Source: Myxococcota bacterium (GTDB lineage: Bacteria > Myxococcota_A > UBA796 > SXON01). Taken from it: DNA of 64,000 bases. The notes beneath the pieces are model-generated. The model saw nothing but the letters and a program-made list of their open reading frames with translations, ran no database searches and was not told the DNA's origin. The position numbers and the translations under genes were made by a program. The stretch spans positions 64,001 through 128,000 of the forward strand of contig JAZKFH010000023.1 of NCBI GenBank assembly GCA_040386535.1, given 5' to 3'. Every line of letters starts with the position of its first letter. Within the stretch, counting starts at the first letter, position 1. This document shows positions 21,353 to 31,039 of this stretch, piece after piece.

Positions 21353-22855
21353 ATGCTGCTGTTCGTCGCCGCCGTGCTCGCACCGCCCGCCTTCGCACAG
21401 GAGGGCGGCGCGCCCCCCGAGGCGCGTCGGGAAGAGGTGCGTCCCGCCTCCGACCCGCCGGGGAGCGGGCTCCGCTTCCTCGGCATCGTCGCGTTGCGCA
21501 CGGCGGCGTCGAACATCTCCACCACCAACCCGTTCCTCAACGGGCAGCTGGTGGGGGAGCTCGGCGGCACGAACACCACCACTACCACCGACAAGCTGGG
21601 CCACGCCTCCGAGCAGCGGGTCGGGGCCTTCTTCTCGTACGCGCCGCCCCTCTGGGACGGGCGGCTCCAGCTCGACGCCGCCTTCGAGGTCGACTTCGCC
21701 TTCGGCGACCAGGCGTACGGGATCGGCGGCAACACCGGCGGCGGGTTCGGCGCCGACCAGGTCAACCTCCAGACCCGTCGCATGGGCGCCCGCGCACGGT
21801 TGGGGGAGGACACCTGGATCGTCGCCGGCCTCCAATTCGTGGGGGACGGCTCCGCGGATCCCACTCGGGGCAAGCCGGACGACCTGTTCCGCAGCGGTGG
21901 CCGCTTGATGTTCTTCGGATCCGAGGCCGCGGGCATCTCAGCCTACGGCACCATCGGGGAGCCCCTCCGCTACAAGCTCGGCGCCTACACGCTCGTCGAG
22001 CTCGGGCTCGCCTCCCCGGACGACGTGACGCTCTACATGGCGGACGCCGCGTGGAGCCCCGCGTACGCGCACCGCCTGGGCGTGCACGCCTGGTACCTCC
22101 GCGACAAGGCGGCCGGCCTCGGCAGCTCCTTCGGCACGGGCCCGACGAGCCCGCTCTCCGAGCTCCAGGGCGGGCCGCGCCTCGATTTTCGGCCCACGGG
22201 AGAGGGCGCCGCGCCCGTCGTGAACACGGATCTGCTCTGGGTGGGCGTCGACCACGGGTGGAACGCCGGGCTGGACCGCGGGCGCGTGGGGCTGACGGCG
22301 CTCGCCGTCGCGAACCTCGGTCGCCTCTACGTCGAGGAGCTACCCGATCGGAACGTGCGCGGCTTCCTTGCCGACGTCGAGCTCCGCGCCCGGATCGCCC
22401 CAGGGGAGGGGAGCATCGCGCGCGTCGAGCTCCTCGCCTCCAGCGGGGACGATCCCGCCACCGACACCTACGAGGGCATCGTGACCGGTAATGCGTACGC
22501 CGCCGTGGGCGCTGTCCACGGCACGCACGGGTGCCTGCTCCTGTTCCCCGACGTGACCGCCATCAACCGTCAGGTCGCGCGGGTGTACGACGTGTCGGGT
22601 GCCGGGGCGGGGGTCGCCGCGGTGACCGGCGGCGTGGCCTTCGACGCCATCCCCAATCGCCTAACGGTGGGCGTCGGGGCCGGGCACGCGCGGACCGCCA
22701 GCTTCGAGCCCCTCGGCACCGAGCTGAACGCGCGGATCTCGGGCAAGCCCTGGGTCCTGACCGATCTCGGCCTGAAGGGCGCGGTGCTCCTGGACACCGA
22801 CCTCCCGGTCACCCCCTGGATCGCGCTCGTCTCCTTCGACTGGCTGGTGATTTGA
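21353..22855 (+). CDS. Probable outer-membrane beta-barrel protein
   Basis: Signal peptide (AFA), amphipathic strands, aromatic C-terminal strand VSFDWLVI. Confidence 0.6.
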   Translation: MLLFVAAVLAPPAFAQEGGAPPEARREEVRPASDPPGSGLRFLGIVALRTAASNISTTNPFLNGQLVGELGGTNTTTTTDKLGHASEQRVGAFFSYAPPLWDGRLQLDAAFEVDFAFGDQAYGIGGNTGGGFGADQVNLQTRRMGARARLGEDTWIVAGLQFVGDGSADPTRGKPDDLFRSGGRLMFFGSEAAGISAYGTIGEPLRYKLGAYTLVELGLASPDDVTLYMADAAWSPAYAHRLGVHAWYLRDKAAGLGSSFGTGPTSPLSELQGGPRLDFRPTGEGAAPVVNTDLLWVGVDHGWNAGLDRGRVGLTALAVANLGRLYVEELPDRNVRGFLADVELRARIAPGEGSIARVELLASSGDDPATDTYEGIVTGNAYAAVGAVHGTHGCLLLFPDVTAINRQVARVYDVSGAGAGVAAVTGGVAFDAIPNRLTVGVGAGHARTASFEPLGTELNARISGKPWVLTDLGLKGAVLLDTDLPVTPWIALVSFDWLVI

Positions 22856-23814
22856 TGCTCCGTGCGCTCTTCCTCGGGTCCCTCGCCGCCTCTTCGCTCG
22901 CCGCCGCCTCGCTGGCGGGCTGCGCGCCCCGCTACACGGCTAAGGGCCCGATGGAGCCGGAAGACCTCTGGTCGCCGCTCCCGCGCCAGCACGTCCAGGT
23001 CATGGGGATGGACATCGCCTACGTCGACAGCGGCGGCTCCGGCCCGCCGCTGGTGTTCGTGCACGGCCTCTCGTCGTCCCTGGCGTTCTGGGAGTACCAG
23101 ATCCCCGCCTTCGCGCACACGCACCGCGTCCTCGCGCTGGATCTGCCCGGCTACGGCTCGTCCGAGCGGCCCGATGCCCCGTGCACGCCCCCCTGGTACG
23201 CCACGGTGGTGGCCGCGTGGCTCGACACGGTGGGGGTCGATCGCGCCACCATCGTCGGGCACTCGATGGGCGGGCAGATCGCGATCCAGCTGGCGATCAC
23301 GGCGCCCGAGCGCGTGGAGCGGCTGGTCCTCTCGGCGCCGGCCGGGCTCGAGCCCTTCCAGCCCGGGGCCGCGCGGTTCATGAAGGACTTCTGGACCGAG
23401 CGTCGCGCGCTCGGTACGACAGAGGAGCAGGTGCGCGCCAACTTCACGACGCAGGTGTTCAACCGTCGGGACGCGGGTGTGGAGCGCATGATTGAGGAGC
23501 GCGTGCGCCTCGGCCTCTCACCGCGGTTCGCGGGCACCAGCGTCGCCGTGTCCCGCTCGATCGCGGGCATGCTGGACCACCCCGTGCGTGACCGCCTGGG
23601 GCAGATCAAGGCGCCCACGCTCGTGGTGTTCGGCACCGCCGACCGCATGATCCCCAACCCAGTGTTCAACGGCGGCACGACCCGTTCGGTCGCCCGCATC
23701 GCGGAAGAGCGCATCCCCGGCGCTCGCGTCGTCCTGCTCCCCGGCGCAGGCCATACTGTCCACCACGATGCACCCGAGGCTTTCAACGCCGCGCTGCAGG
23801 AGTTCCTCCGATGA
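22855..23814 (+). CDS. Alpha/beta hydrolase lipoprotein
   Basis: LAGC lipobox; FVHG, DLPGYGSS, GHSMGG, GTADRMIP, GAGH; TGATG coupling. Confidence 0.88.
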   Translation: MLRALFLGSLAASSLAAASLAGCAPRYTAKGPMEPEDLWSPLPRQHVQVMGMDIAYVDSGGSGPPLVFVHGLSSSLAFWEYQIPAFAHTHRVLALDLPGYGSSERPDAPCTPPWYATVVAAWLDTVGVDRATIVGHSMGGQIAIQLAITAPERVERLVLSAPAGLEPFQPGAARFMKDFWTERRALGTTEEQVRANFTTQVFNRRDAGVERMIEERVRLGLSPRFAGTSVAVSRSIAGMLDHPVRDRLGQIKAPTLVVFGTADRMIPNPVFNGGTTRSVARIAEERIPGARVVLLPGAGHTVHHDAPEAFNAALQEFLR

Positions 23815-25613
23815 TCGCGCTGCTCGCCTCGCTCGTGTCGGCCCCGCCCGCCCTCGCCACCTCCGGGTTCGACGCCACCGCCGTCGGCGCCACGTTCACC
23901 GGGTCTGAGACCTGGGACCAGGGCGAGACCGTCCAACTCTGGAGCACGATCGAGCGCCATGTGGACGCTGACCGCACCCTGTTCACCGCCGGGGAGTTCA
24001 ACACGTCGACCGAGTGGCAGGACAACGCCGCCTTCGCGCCCTGGATCGGCACGTGTTTCGGCACGGGCACGCCCTCCGGCGGGACGTTCCTCCTCCACCA
24101 CGGCGTCCACGCCGCGACCGCGTCGGGCACCCCGATCCTGTTCGTGCCGGGCGCCGGCGACAACGCCAGCCGCGGCTTCGTCACGATGGCCACCAAGATG
24201 GACTGGGCCGGGCGCCCGGTCTATGCCATCACGTTCGCGCATCCGCACGGCGACGTGTTCGAGCAGGCCGAGATCGTCGCGGACGCCATCGCGCGTGTCC
24301 GCGAGCTCACCGGCGCTCCGCAAGTGGATCTCGTGTCCCACTCCAAGGGCGGCATCTCGGTCGCGGTGTACCTCTCGCACCACGCCGGGGCCGACTGGGG
24401 CGGCGCGGACGCGCGGAGCCGCGCCTACGCCTCCGTCGGTACCGCCTACCGGGGCGACGTGCGGCGCTCCGTCTTCATCGCCACGCCGCTCGGCGGCATC
24501 GACACCGCGTTCCGCTGGCCGCTGGGCAACGTCGCGAGCCTCACGCCCGACACCGCGCTCGCGCCGACGTCCTGGCGCACGTACTACCCGTACGGGACCG
24601 GGGCGCCGGCCTGGAACACCGATCTGACGGAGCAGGACTTCTTCGCCGACGGCGGCGACCTGTTCCCCGGCCAGCGGCAGCTCCTCGCGCGGCAGGACTA
24701 CGCGCTCCCGGGGAGCATGCCGTGGCTCGGCGCGTACTCGCTCCAGACGGACTGGTACACCAGCTACGAGGGCGGCTACGGGTACTACACGCTCTCCGAC
24801 GGCATCGACGCCGCCATCGCGGAGGGCGGCGATCTGCTCGAGCACCTCGGCGCCGCGGGGGTCGATCCGCGCGTGGAGCTGTTCGTGCTCGCCGGCGAGA
24901 ACCCGCTGATGCCGAACGGCGTCGAGGACATCCTGGTCGGCCTCTTCGGGGAGACCTGGGTCGACCTCGCCACGGCCGGCACCGACGTGTGGGCCTCCCT
25001 CCTAGCGGACGCCGTGGGGGAGGGGCTCCTCTCGGTGGGCGTCACGCGCGACGAGGTGCAGGGCCTCGCGACCGGAGATCTCATCCTCGGCGAGATCAGC
25101 GGCCCGAGCGACGGGCTGGTGTTCGTCACCAGCTCGACCGCGTCCGACCGGCTCCTGGCCCGCGGCGCCACCGTCGAGGAGACCTACGTCGCCAACCTCT
25201 CCCACCTCGACCTGTTGTACGCGAGCCCCATCACCGGGCAGCTCCTGGTCGACGCGGCCGCGGCCGACCCGGTGGAGGACGGCTGGATGGCCGCCGTGGG
25301 CGCCCGCTACATCGAGGCGGATACGCTCGGCTGGGTCGAGCGGGTCCTGGCCGACACGCCCACCGACACCGGTGGTGACGCCGACACGGACACCGACTCC
25401 GATACGGACACCGACTCGGACTCGGATACCGACACGGACGCGGACACCGATGCGGACTCGGACACCGACACCGGTGCGAGCGGCGCCGACACGGACACCG
25501 GCGATATCGAGGAAGACGGCGAGGGCTGCACGGGCTGCGCGACCGGCAACGGGAGCGGCGGGCTCCTCGTCGCCGCGATCGCGGTGGCCCTGTCCACCCG
25601 CCGCCGCTCGTAG
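23811..25613 (+). CDS. Secreted lipase/depolymerase-like alpha/beta hydrolase with DT linker and MYXO-CTERM-like anchor
   Basis: Signal peptide; PILFVPG oxyanion region, DLVSHSKGG nucleophile elbow, SDGLV, NLSHLDL; tail GCTGCATG-hydrophobic-RRRS. Confidence 0.75.
   Translation: MIALLASLVSAPPALATSGFDATAVGATFTGSETWDQGETVQLWSTIERHVDADRTLFTAGEFNTSTEWQDNAAFAPWIGTCFGTGTPSGGTFLLHHGVHAATASGTPILFVPGAGDNASRGFVTMATKMDWAGRPVYAITFAHPHGDVFEQAEIVADAIARVRELTGAPQVDLVSHSKGGISVAVYLSHHAGADWGGADARSRAYASVGTAYRGDVRRSVFIATPLGGIDTAFRWPLGNVASLTPDTALAPTSWRTYYPYGTGAPAWNTDLTEQDFFADGGDLFPGQRQLLARQDYALPGSMPWLGAYSLQTDWYTSYEGGYGYYTLSDGIDAAIAEGGDLLEHLGAAGVDPRVELFVLAGENPLMPNGVEDILVGLFGETWVDLATAGTDVWASLLADAVGEGLLSVGVTRDEVQGLATGDLILGEISGPSDGLVFVTSSTASDRLLARGATVEETYVANLSHLDLLYASPITGQLLVDAAAADPVEDGWMAAVGARYIEADTLGWVERVLADTPTDTGGDADTDTDSDTDTDSDSDTDTDADTDADSDTDTGASGADTDTGDIEEDGEGCTGCATGNGSGGLLVAAIAVALSTRRRS
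25378..25500 (+). repeat. Asp-Thr/Ser/Ala repeat linker
   Basis: DADTDTDSDTDTDSDSDTDTDADTDADSDTDT. Confidence 0.9.
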
Positions 25614-25641
25614 CGTACGGTCGGCGGGCCGCCCCGGGCGC

Positions 25642-26883
25642 CTACTCGGCGGCAACCTCGGGCGTGCGCTCGCGTTTCTCCCACATCATCGCGTGCTCCG
25701 GACGCATGGCGTTCACGCCCTCGTCCCACCGCTCGACGGTGGCACGGGCGATCCGGACCAGGCCGGCCGCCTTCGCGGCGTCCTCCATCGCGGCGTACGT
25801 GTCGATGCGCTTGCCCCCCACCTGCCCGTCGCCGATGACCACGATGAGGCGGCCCCCGGTGTCGAGGGCGCGGGCCGCAGCGCGCACCCACTTCCGGTTG
25901 TCGGCCTGCCACGCGACCAGCGCGGTCGCGCGGTCGGCGCGGAACTGGCGGCGGGAGCCGATCTCGGCGTGGGGATCGGCAACCTCGAGCTTGAGCCACG
26001 CGAGGCGCAGCTGCTGCATCGTGACGTAGTCGTACACGCCCGGATACGGCGGCGAGGTGAGGACCAGGCCGAAGCCGCCCTTCTCGCGCAGCTCGCGGGC
26101 GTCCTCGCGGTGCACCCGTGCGCGTACGCCGGCCGGCGCCGCTTCGGCGAGCGACTCCAACATCCGGGCGTACTCCCGCGCCTTCTTGTGGAACAACACG
26201 CCGGCGGTGCCGGGCGGCCGCTTCTCCCCCGTGCGCGCGCTCGACGTGTCGCTCTCGCGGCGGCTCGTCTTGACCAGGATCGCGGAGAACACGGCGCGGA
26301 GGAGCAGGTCCTTCCCGATCAGATCGTGGATGGTCGCCAGCTCGGTGAGCGCGTGCGGCTCGTACCAACGCACGAGCTCTTCGGGCACGTTCGGCGTGTT
26401 GCGGGCGGCGAGGGCGGCCTCGGTCGCGCGGCGCGCGGTGGCCCGGAGCGTGGTGCGCTCCTCCTCGGTGGTGCGGGCCGTGCGGGCACGCGCGACGAGG
26501 TTCGCGACCGGCGAGACGTCGAGCCCGAGGGCGTCCCGCCCGGCGAGCATGGCCTCGATCAGCACGGTGCCGCCGCCGCAGAAGGGGTCGAGCAGGGCGC
26601 CGGAGCCCAGCGCCACGAGATCCCGCGCGGCGTCGGGGTTGAGCCCGGCCGGGTAGGTGTGGAACCCGTGCGTGGCCCGCTCCACGCGCCCGCGGTGGCG
26701 CAGCGCCGCGTCCAGGGAGCGCGCCAGCCCGTCGTCGCCGGAGCGCACGGAGTCACCCGCGCGCTGGCTCAGCGCCTCGCGTTGGAACTTGTCGGCGCTC
26801 GCCTTCTCGCCCAGGATGGCGTCGATGCGGGTCGTCTCTTCCTGCTCGAGGCGCTGCTTCCGCTTGGTCTTGCGCTCAGCCAC
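25642..26883 (-). CDS. Orphan amino-DNA methyltransferase (N4-C-like, motif I before SPPY)
   Basis: THGFHTYPA, LDPFCGGGT, LTSPPY; no cognate nuclease in the window. Confidence 0.75.
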   Translation of the reverse strand: MAERKTKRKQRLEQEETTRIDAILGEKASADKFQREALSQRAGDSVRSGDDGLARSLDAALRHRGRVERATHGFHTYPAGLNPDAARDLVALGSGALLDPFCGGGTVLIEAMLAGRDALGLDVSPVANLVARARTARTTEEERTTLRATARRATEAALAARNTPNVPEELVRWYEPHALTELATIHDLIGKDLLLRAVFSAILVKTSRRESDTSSARTGEKRPPGTAGVLFHKKAREYARMLESLAEAAPAGVRARVHREDARELREKGGFGLVLTSPPYPGVYDYVTMQQLRLAWLKLEVADPHAEIGSRRQFRADRATALVAWQADNRKWVRAAARALDTGGRLIVVIGDGQVGGKRIDTYAAMEDAAKAAGLVRIARATVERWDEGVNAMRPEHAMMWEKRERTPEVAAE

Positions 26884-26906
26884 GGTGAGCTCCGCCGAAT
26901 GTTCTA

Positions 26907-28337
26907 CTAGCCACGGTACGCCTCGTCCTGGTCGATGATGGAGAGCACCCAGTCGTACTCCCCGCCGGTGATCTTGGCGTCGCAATAGCCGCACACGCCG
27001 GTCTCGGAGACATTGTCGAGCGGAGCGCCGCAGCTGGGGCAGGCGTCCACCTGGTCGCGCGGGCGGGCGGTCTTGCCCGCGCTGCGGAGGAAGGTCCAAT
27101 ATTCGGAGAAGGTGCGATCCTTCGTCTTGCTGCCGCCCACGACCTGGCCCGACCGCTCCTCGGTCCAGTCGCGCATGCGCGCAAAGATGCGCACGGTGAC
27201 GGCCTCCAAGTACGCGTCCACCGTGATTCGTGCGAGCACGACGTCGGTGACCTGGATGTCGGAGGAGCCATTCCGCAGGCCCTCCGCCGCGTATCGATCG
27301 ATCCAGTAGCGGTGCTGCTGGAAGAGGAAATCGGTCTCGAAGGGGCGCGCCTGCTCCCACTTCCCGTCGCTCCAGGCTTGCTGGATGCGGGTGAAGACCT
27401 CGACCACGCGGGCACGGAAGCCCTCCCACTGGAACTCGGGGTGGCGCGCCTGGAACGCGCGGAGCTGCATCGGGAGGTCGGGCGCGAGGACGAGGGGGAG
27501 GTCCGTGCCGACCTCCACGCCGGCGCCGCGCGTGAGCTGGAGCGGCGGCGCCGCCTCGTCGAGGAGCACCCGCACGTCGGCCACCTGCCATTGGAGCCGG
27601 CCGTCGGTGATGACGTTGTCGCAGTTGCGGCACCGGCCCTCGGGCGTCGTGTCGATGGGGCTCCCGCAGCTCGGGCAGGCCAGGACGCGCATGCGGTCCG
27701 GCCCCGGCGAGAGCGTGTCCGCCGCGCGCACGAAGGTCCAACGCTCGCGGACGAACCGCTTGCTCGTGCCCTCGGTCAGGTTGCCCTCGAACAGCACCGC
27801 GAGGCGCGCCGCCGAACCGGCGACCGCCGCGCTCTCGATCCGGGTGGTGCCGATCACCACGTCCCGCACGGGCTTGCCGGGCGCCCGCGCCTTGAGGGCC
27901 GCGACCACGGGCTCGGCCACGAAGGGCGCCAGCGCGTCCCAATCGCCCCCGCCGCGTGCTTCGTGCGCCCGGGTGTAGACCAGCCGCGCGAGGTCGAGGA
28001 AGAGCGGCTCGGAGAAGTTCGTGTCCCGGGCGCGGAGCGGCGCGAGGCCCGCGCCGGGGACCGCGGCGCGGACCGGGTGGGTGCGGTGCACCTGCCGGAC
28101 GTCACGCTGCTGGGACTTCATGTAGAAGAACACGATCGCCACGCCGATCGCGAGGGGGACGCCGATCACGGGGTGCTCGAACACGAGCCAGATGAGGAGG
28201 CCGACCCCGTCCCCGTCTCCCCCGCCGCCCGAGAAGCCGCCCCCGCCGCCGCTGGAGGAGCTCCCGCCGCCCGAGTAGCCCTGCCCGCCCCCCGCGCGCG
28301 CCCAGGCGGCCGCCAGCCAGAGCACCCAGGGGATCAC
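26907..28337 (-). CDS. Membrane protein with duplicated Tim44-like domains and zinc ribbons
   Basis: ARAGGGQGYSGGG N-terminus, TM, ERWTFVR / EYWTFLR, CPSCG..CRNC and CPSCG..CGYC. Confidence 0.8.
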   Translation of the reverse strand: MIPWVLWLAAAWARAGGGQGYSGGGSSSSGGGGGFSGGGGDGDGVGLLIWLVFEHPVIGVPLAIGVAIVFFYMKSQQRDVRQVHRTHPVRAAVPGAGLAPLRARDTNFSEPLFLDLARLVYTRAHEARGGGDWDALAPFVAEPVVAALKARAPGKPVRDVVIGTTRIESAAVAGSAARLAVLFEGNLTEGTSKRFVRERWTFVRAADTLSPGPDRMRVLACPSCGSPIDTTPEGRCRNCDNVITDGRLQWQVADVRVLLDEAAPPLQLTRGAGVEVGTDLPLVLAPDLPMQLRAFQARHPEFQWEGFRARVVEVFTRIQQAWSDGKWEQARPFETDFLFQQHRYWIDRYAAEGLRNGSSDIQVTDVVLARITVDAYLEAVTVRIFARMRDWTEERSGQVVGGSKTKDRTFSEYWTFLRSAGKTARPRDQVDACPSCGAPLDNVSETGVCGYCDAKITGGEYDWVLSIIDQDEAYRG

Positions 28338-28936
28338 GTGCGCACCCGCGGGGTGTTGGCGATCTGGTCGCGGTTCTCGCTGGCCGCCGGAACATGCGCC
28401 GCGAGCAGGACGCCGAGGCGGTGGAGCCCCGCGACGAGCTCATCGACCGAGTCCGCGCGCAAGGCGACGGCGTTCCACTTCGCGCCGGGGATCTTCCCGA
28501 GCAGGCCGTGATCCGGAACGAACTCTACCCGGCCCTCGAGCGCGCTGACGTAGACGAGCAGCCCCGTCCGGTCGGCCGTGGCGTGAACGTTCTCCTCGGT
28601 GAACGCCGCCAGCGCGGCCTGACGCACCTGCCGCGCGGTGCGGGCGGCGCCAGCGAAGGCGACCACCAGGCGCGGCCAGCGCAGGAGGATCCACCCGACG
28701 AAGGCGCCGGCCGCCAGCACGTCGATGGGGAACCACACCGCGTCGAACACGACGGGGCTCCAGCACAAAAAGGCGAGCACGGCCACCGCGACGAGGCCCC
28801 CGCCAATCCATGCGAGATCCGCATACGACCCGGAATACGGTGCCGCGACGACCACCACCTCGGCGTCGGTATGGACCTCGATCTCGCTCACGGCGCGCTC
28901 GATCGCGGCCGAAAAACGCGCGTCGGTGTGGACCAA
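28334..28936 (-). CDS. TPM-domain membrane protein
   Basis: IERAVSEIEVHTDAEVV, TADRTGLLVYVSALE, NRDQIAN. Confidence 0.8.
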   Translation of the reverse strand: MVHTDARFSAAIERAVSEIEVHTDAEVVVVAAPYSGSYADLAWIGGGLVAVAVLAFLCWSPVVFDAVWFPIDVLAAGAFVGWILLRWPRLVVAFAGAARTARQVRQAALAAFTEENVHATADRTGLLVYVSALEGRVEFVPDHGLLGKIPGAKWNAVALRADSVDELVAGLHRLGVLLAAHVPAASENRDQIANTPRVRT

Positions 28937-28994
28937 GTTCCCGTTCCCGGCTCTCGCGCGGGTTAACCCGGCGGGCTTCTCCGGTGGAGTCCGC

Positions 28995-29528
28995 ATGCAG
29001 ATCAATGCCTCTTCCGTGATCCACCACCCGCGCGAGCGGGTGTACCGTGCGTACCGTGACGAGCTCCCCGCGATCGCCCCGTTCATGGCCAACATCAAGG
29101 ACATCGTGGTCAAGGGCCGCGAGGATCGGCCCGGTGGCGTGACGCTCCACAACGTGTGGGCCGGCAAGGGCGAGATCCCCAAGATGGTCCAGGGCATCAT
29201 CAAGCCCGAGATGGTCAAGTGGGACGACTACGCCGAGTGGGATGACGCGCGGTGGTTGTGCACGTGGAGCATCAAGATCCGCGCGTTCACGGAGAACATG
29301 AAGTGTGGGGGGACCAACCGGTTCGAGGAGGCGGGGCCGGGTGCCACGCGCGTGATCCTCTCCGGCAACCTCGACATCCATCTCAAGGACATCCCCGGGG
29401 TGCCGCGTTTTCTCGCCGGGACCATCGCGCCCCAGGTCGAGAAGTTCATCATCGCGCTCATCCGGCCCAACCTCGAGCAGGTGAACGCGTCGCTCGAGCG
29501 GTACCTGGACGCGCATCCCGGCGGGTAG
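28995..29528 (+). CDS. START/SRPBCC-like (DUF2505-like) protein
   Basis: SD GGAG; HPRERVYRAYRD and helix-grip-like pattern. Confidence 0.6.
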   Translation: MQINASSVIHHPRERVYRAYRDELPAIAPFMANIKDIVVKGREDRPGGVTLHNVWAGKGEIPKMVQGIIKPEMVKWDDYAEWDDARWLCTWSIKIRAFTENMKCGGTNRFEEAGPGATRVILSGNLDIHLKDIPGVPRFLAGTIAPQVEKFIIALIRPNLEQVNASLERYLDAHPGG

Positions 29529-31004
29529 TCACCCGTTGTCGGTGCGCGCCTCCATGAGCCAGGCGCCGTCCCCGCTCGCGGTCAGCAGCCCCCGATCGAT
29601 CATCGGCTCGACGTGATCGAGCAGCCGATGCTCGGAGAGCCCCACGCGCTCGGCCAACGTCGTGATCGTCTGCGGGCCGGTCGAGATCAACGCGAGCACC
29701 TGCCGGGCGATGGGCTCCAGGGTGTCGTCGGCGACCGAGATGCCGAGCGCCAGCCCGAGCAGGGTGCCGGGGGTGCCCCGGGAGAGCTTGTGGAACTCCT
29801 CGGCTCGCCGACGGTCCATCTCCAGGCCTTCGAGCACGCGCGCAACGTCCTCCAGGGAGAGCGGGGAGGGGCACAGGTGGCGACCGCCGAGGCGCGCGGT
29901 CTTCATCATCGGGCGATCGGCCCGCACGAGCGTGAGGCAGGGCGGCCGTTCGGTGATGATCCGCACCACGAGGGCCTCGACGCCGGGCGCGTTTCCGTCG
30001 AGCGCCACGATCGCCGGGCTCCCCTGGCCGAGCTCCGTGAGCAGGGCGCGGCGGTCGGTCCCGCCGGGCACCACGCGCACACCTTCGCGCTGGGCCGCGC
30101 GGACGCACTCGCGGATCAGCGTGCGGCGGCCGCTTCCGGCGGTGCCGTGGAGCACGAGGGTGGCGGGCTTGCCGTCCAACAGGTCGACGACGTGCCGCCG
30201 GAGGATTTCACGCTCCCGGGTCATGCCCACGAGCGGCGCACGGGGGGGCGTGGACAGCGCCGCGCGGAGGATCCCGGCGACCTTCAGCGCGGGCGCGGGG
30301 CGGGAGGCCGGCCGACGCGCGAGCAGCGCCAGCACGAGGTCATCGAGGGCCCGCGGCAGGCGCGGGCGCAGCGAGCTCGGCGGCTCGGGAAGCGTCGTGA
30401 GCGGCAGGTAGCCGAGCGCCGCCGGATCGGCGTCGCGGAAGGGGGCATGCCGGGTGAGCAGGTGGTAGAGCAGCACGCCCAACCCGTACATGTCCGCCTC
30501 GGGGCCGGGACGCTCCCCCCGCAGGATCTCCGGCGCGATGAAGCCGAGGGTCCCGCCAAGGTCGAGCGGGGGCAGCTCGCGCCCCCGGGCGAGCCCCAGA
30601 TCGATGAGGCGCGCCGTGCCGTCTTCCGCGACGAGCACGTTCGACGGCTTCAAGTCCCCGTGCACCATCCCCAGGCCATGGATGTGCGCGAGCGCCTCAG
30701 CCACTTGCGCCGCGAGCTCCACGAGCACGGGCATCGGCTGCCCACGTCCCCACGCGTCGGCCCGCTCGTTGGCGGCGAATTCCATCGCGATCCAATCCCC
30801 GTTGGGAGAGGCGTCGATGAGGCGTGTCACATACCGATGTTGGACGGCCCGCAGCGCGTCCAACTCCCGGCGCAGGCCCCCCGGCGTGGACGCGAGCTTG
30901 ACCGCCACGACCCCTGAGGGGCCCTCGGCGAGCCACACGCGGCCCGAGGCGCCCCGCCCGAGTGGGCGCACGCGCCTGAATGAAGGGGGGAACAGATCGT
31001 TCAT
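29529..31004 (-). CDS. Cytoplasmic Ser/Thr kinase with degenerate P-loop and C-terminal wHTH-like region
   Basis: GRGASG, AVK, HGDLKPSN, DLG, APE; HGTAGSGRR. Confidence 0.85.
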   Translation of the reverse strand: MNDLFPPSFRRVRPLGRGASGRVWLAEGPSGVVAVKLASTPGGLRRELDALRAVQHRYVTRLIDASPNGDWIAMEFAANERADAWGRGQPMPVLVELAAQVAEALAHIHGLGMVHGDLKPSNVLVAEDGTARLIDLGLARGRELPPLDLGGTLGFIAPEILRGERPGPEADMYGLGVLLYHLLTRHAPFRDADPAALGYLPLTTLPEPPSSLRPRLPRALDDLVLALLARRPASRPAPALKVAGILRAALSTPPRAPLVGMTREREILRRHVVDLLDGKPATLVLHGTAGSGRRTLIRECVRAAQREGVRVVPGGTDRRALLTELGQGSPAIVALDGNAPGVEALVVRIITERPPCLTLVRADRPMMKTARLGGRHLCPSPLSLEDVARVLEGLEMDRRRAEEFHKLSRGTPGTLLGLALGISVADDTLEPIARQVLALISTGPQTITTLAERVGLSEHRLLDHVEPMIDRGLLTASGDGAWLMEARTDNG

Positions 31005-31039
31005 GATGCTACAGGTTAGCCAGAGTTCCGGAGGTTTGG

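Noticed and set aside
25378..25500. GACACC-type repeats as a non-coding array or mobile repeat
   Set aside because: They are in-frame, synonymously varied Asp-Thr linkers, also seen at 20897 and 54624
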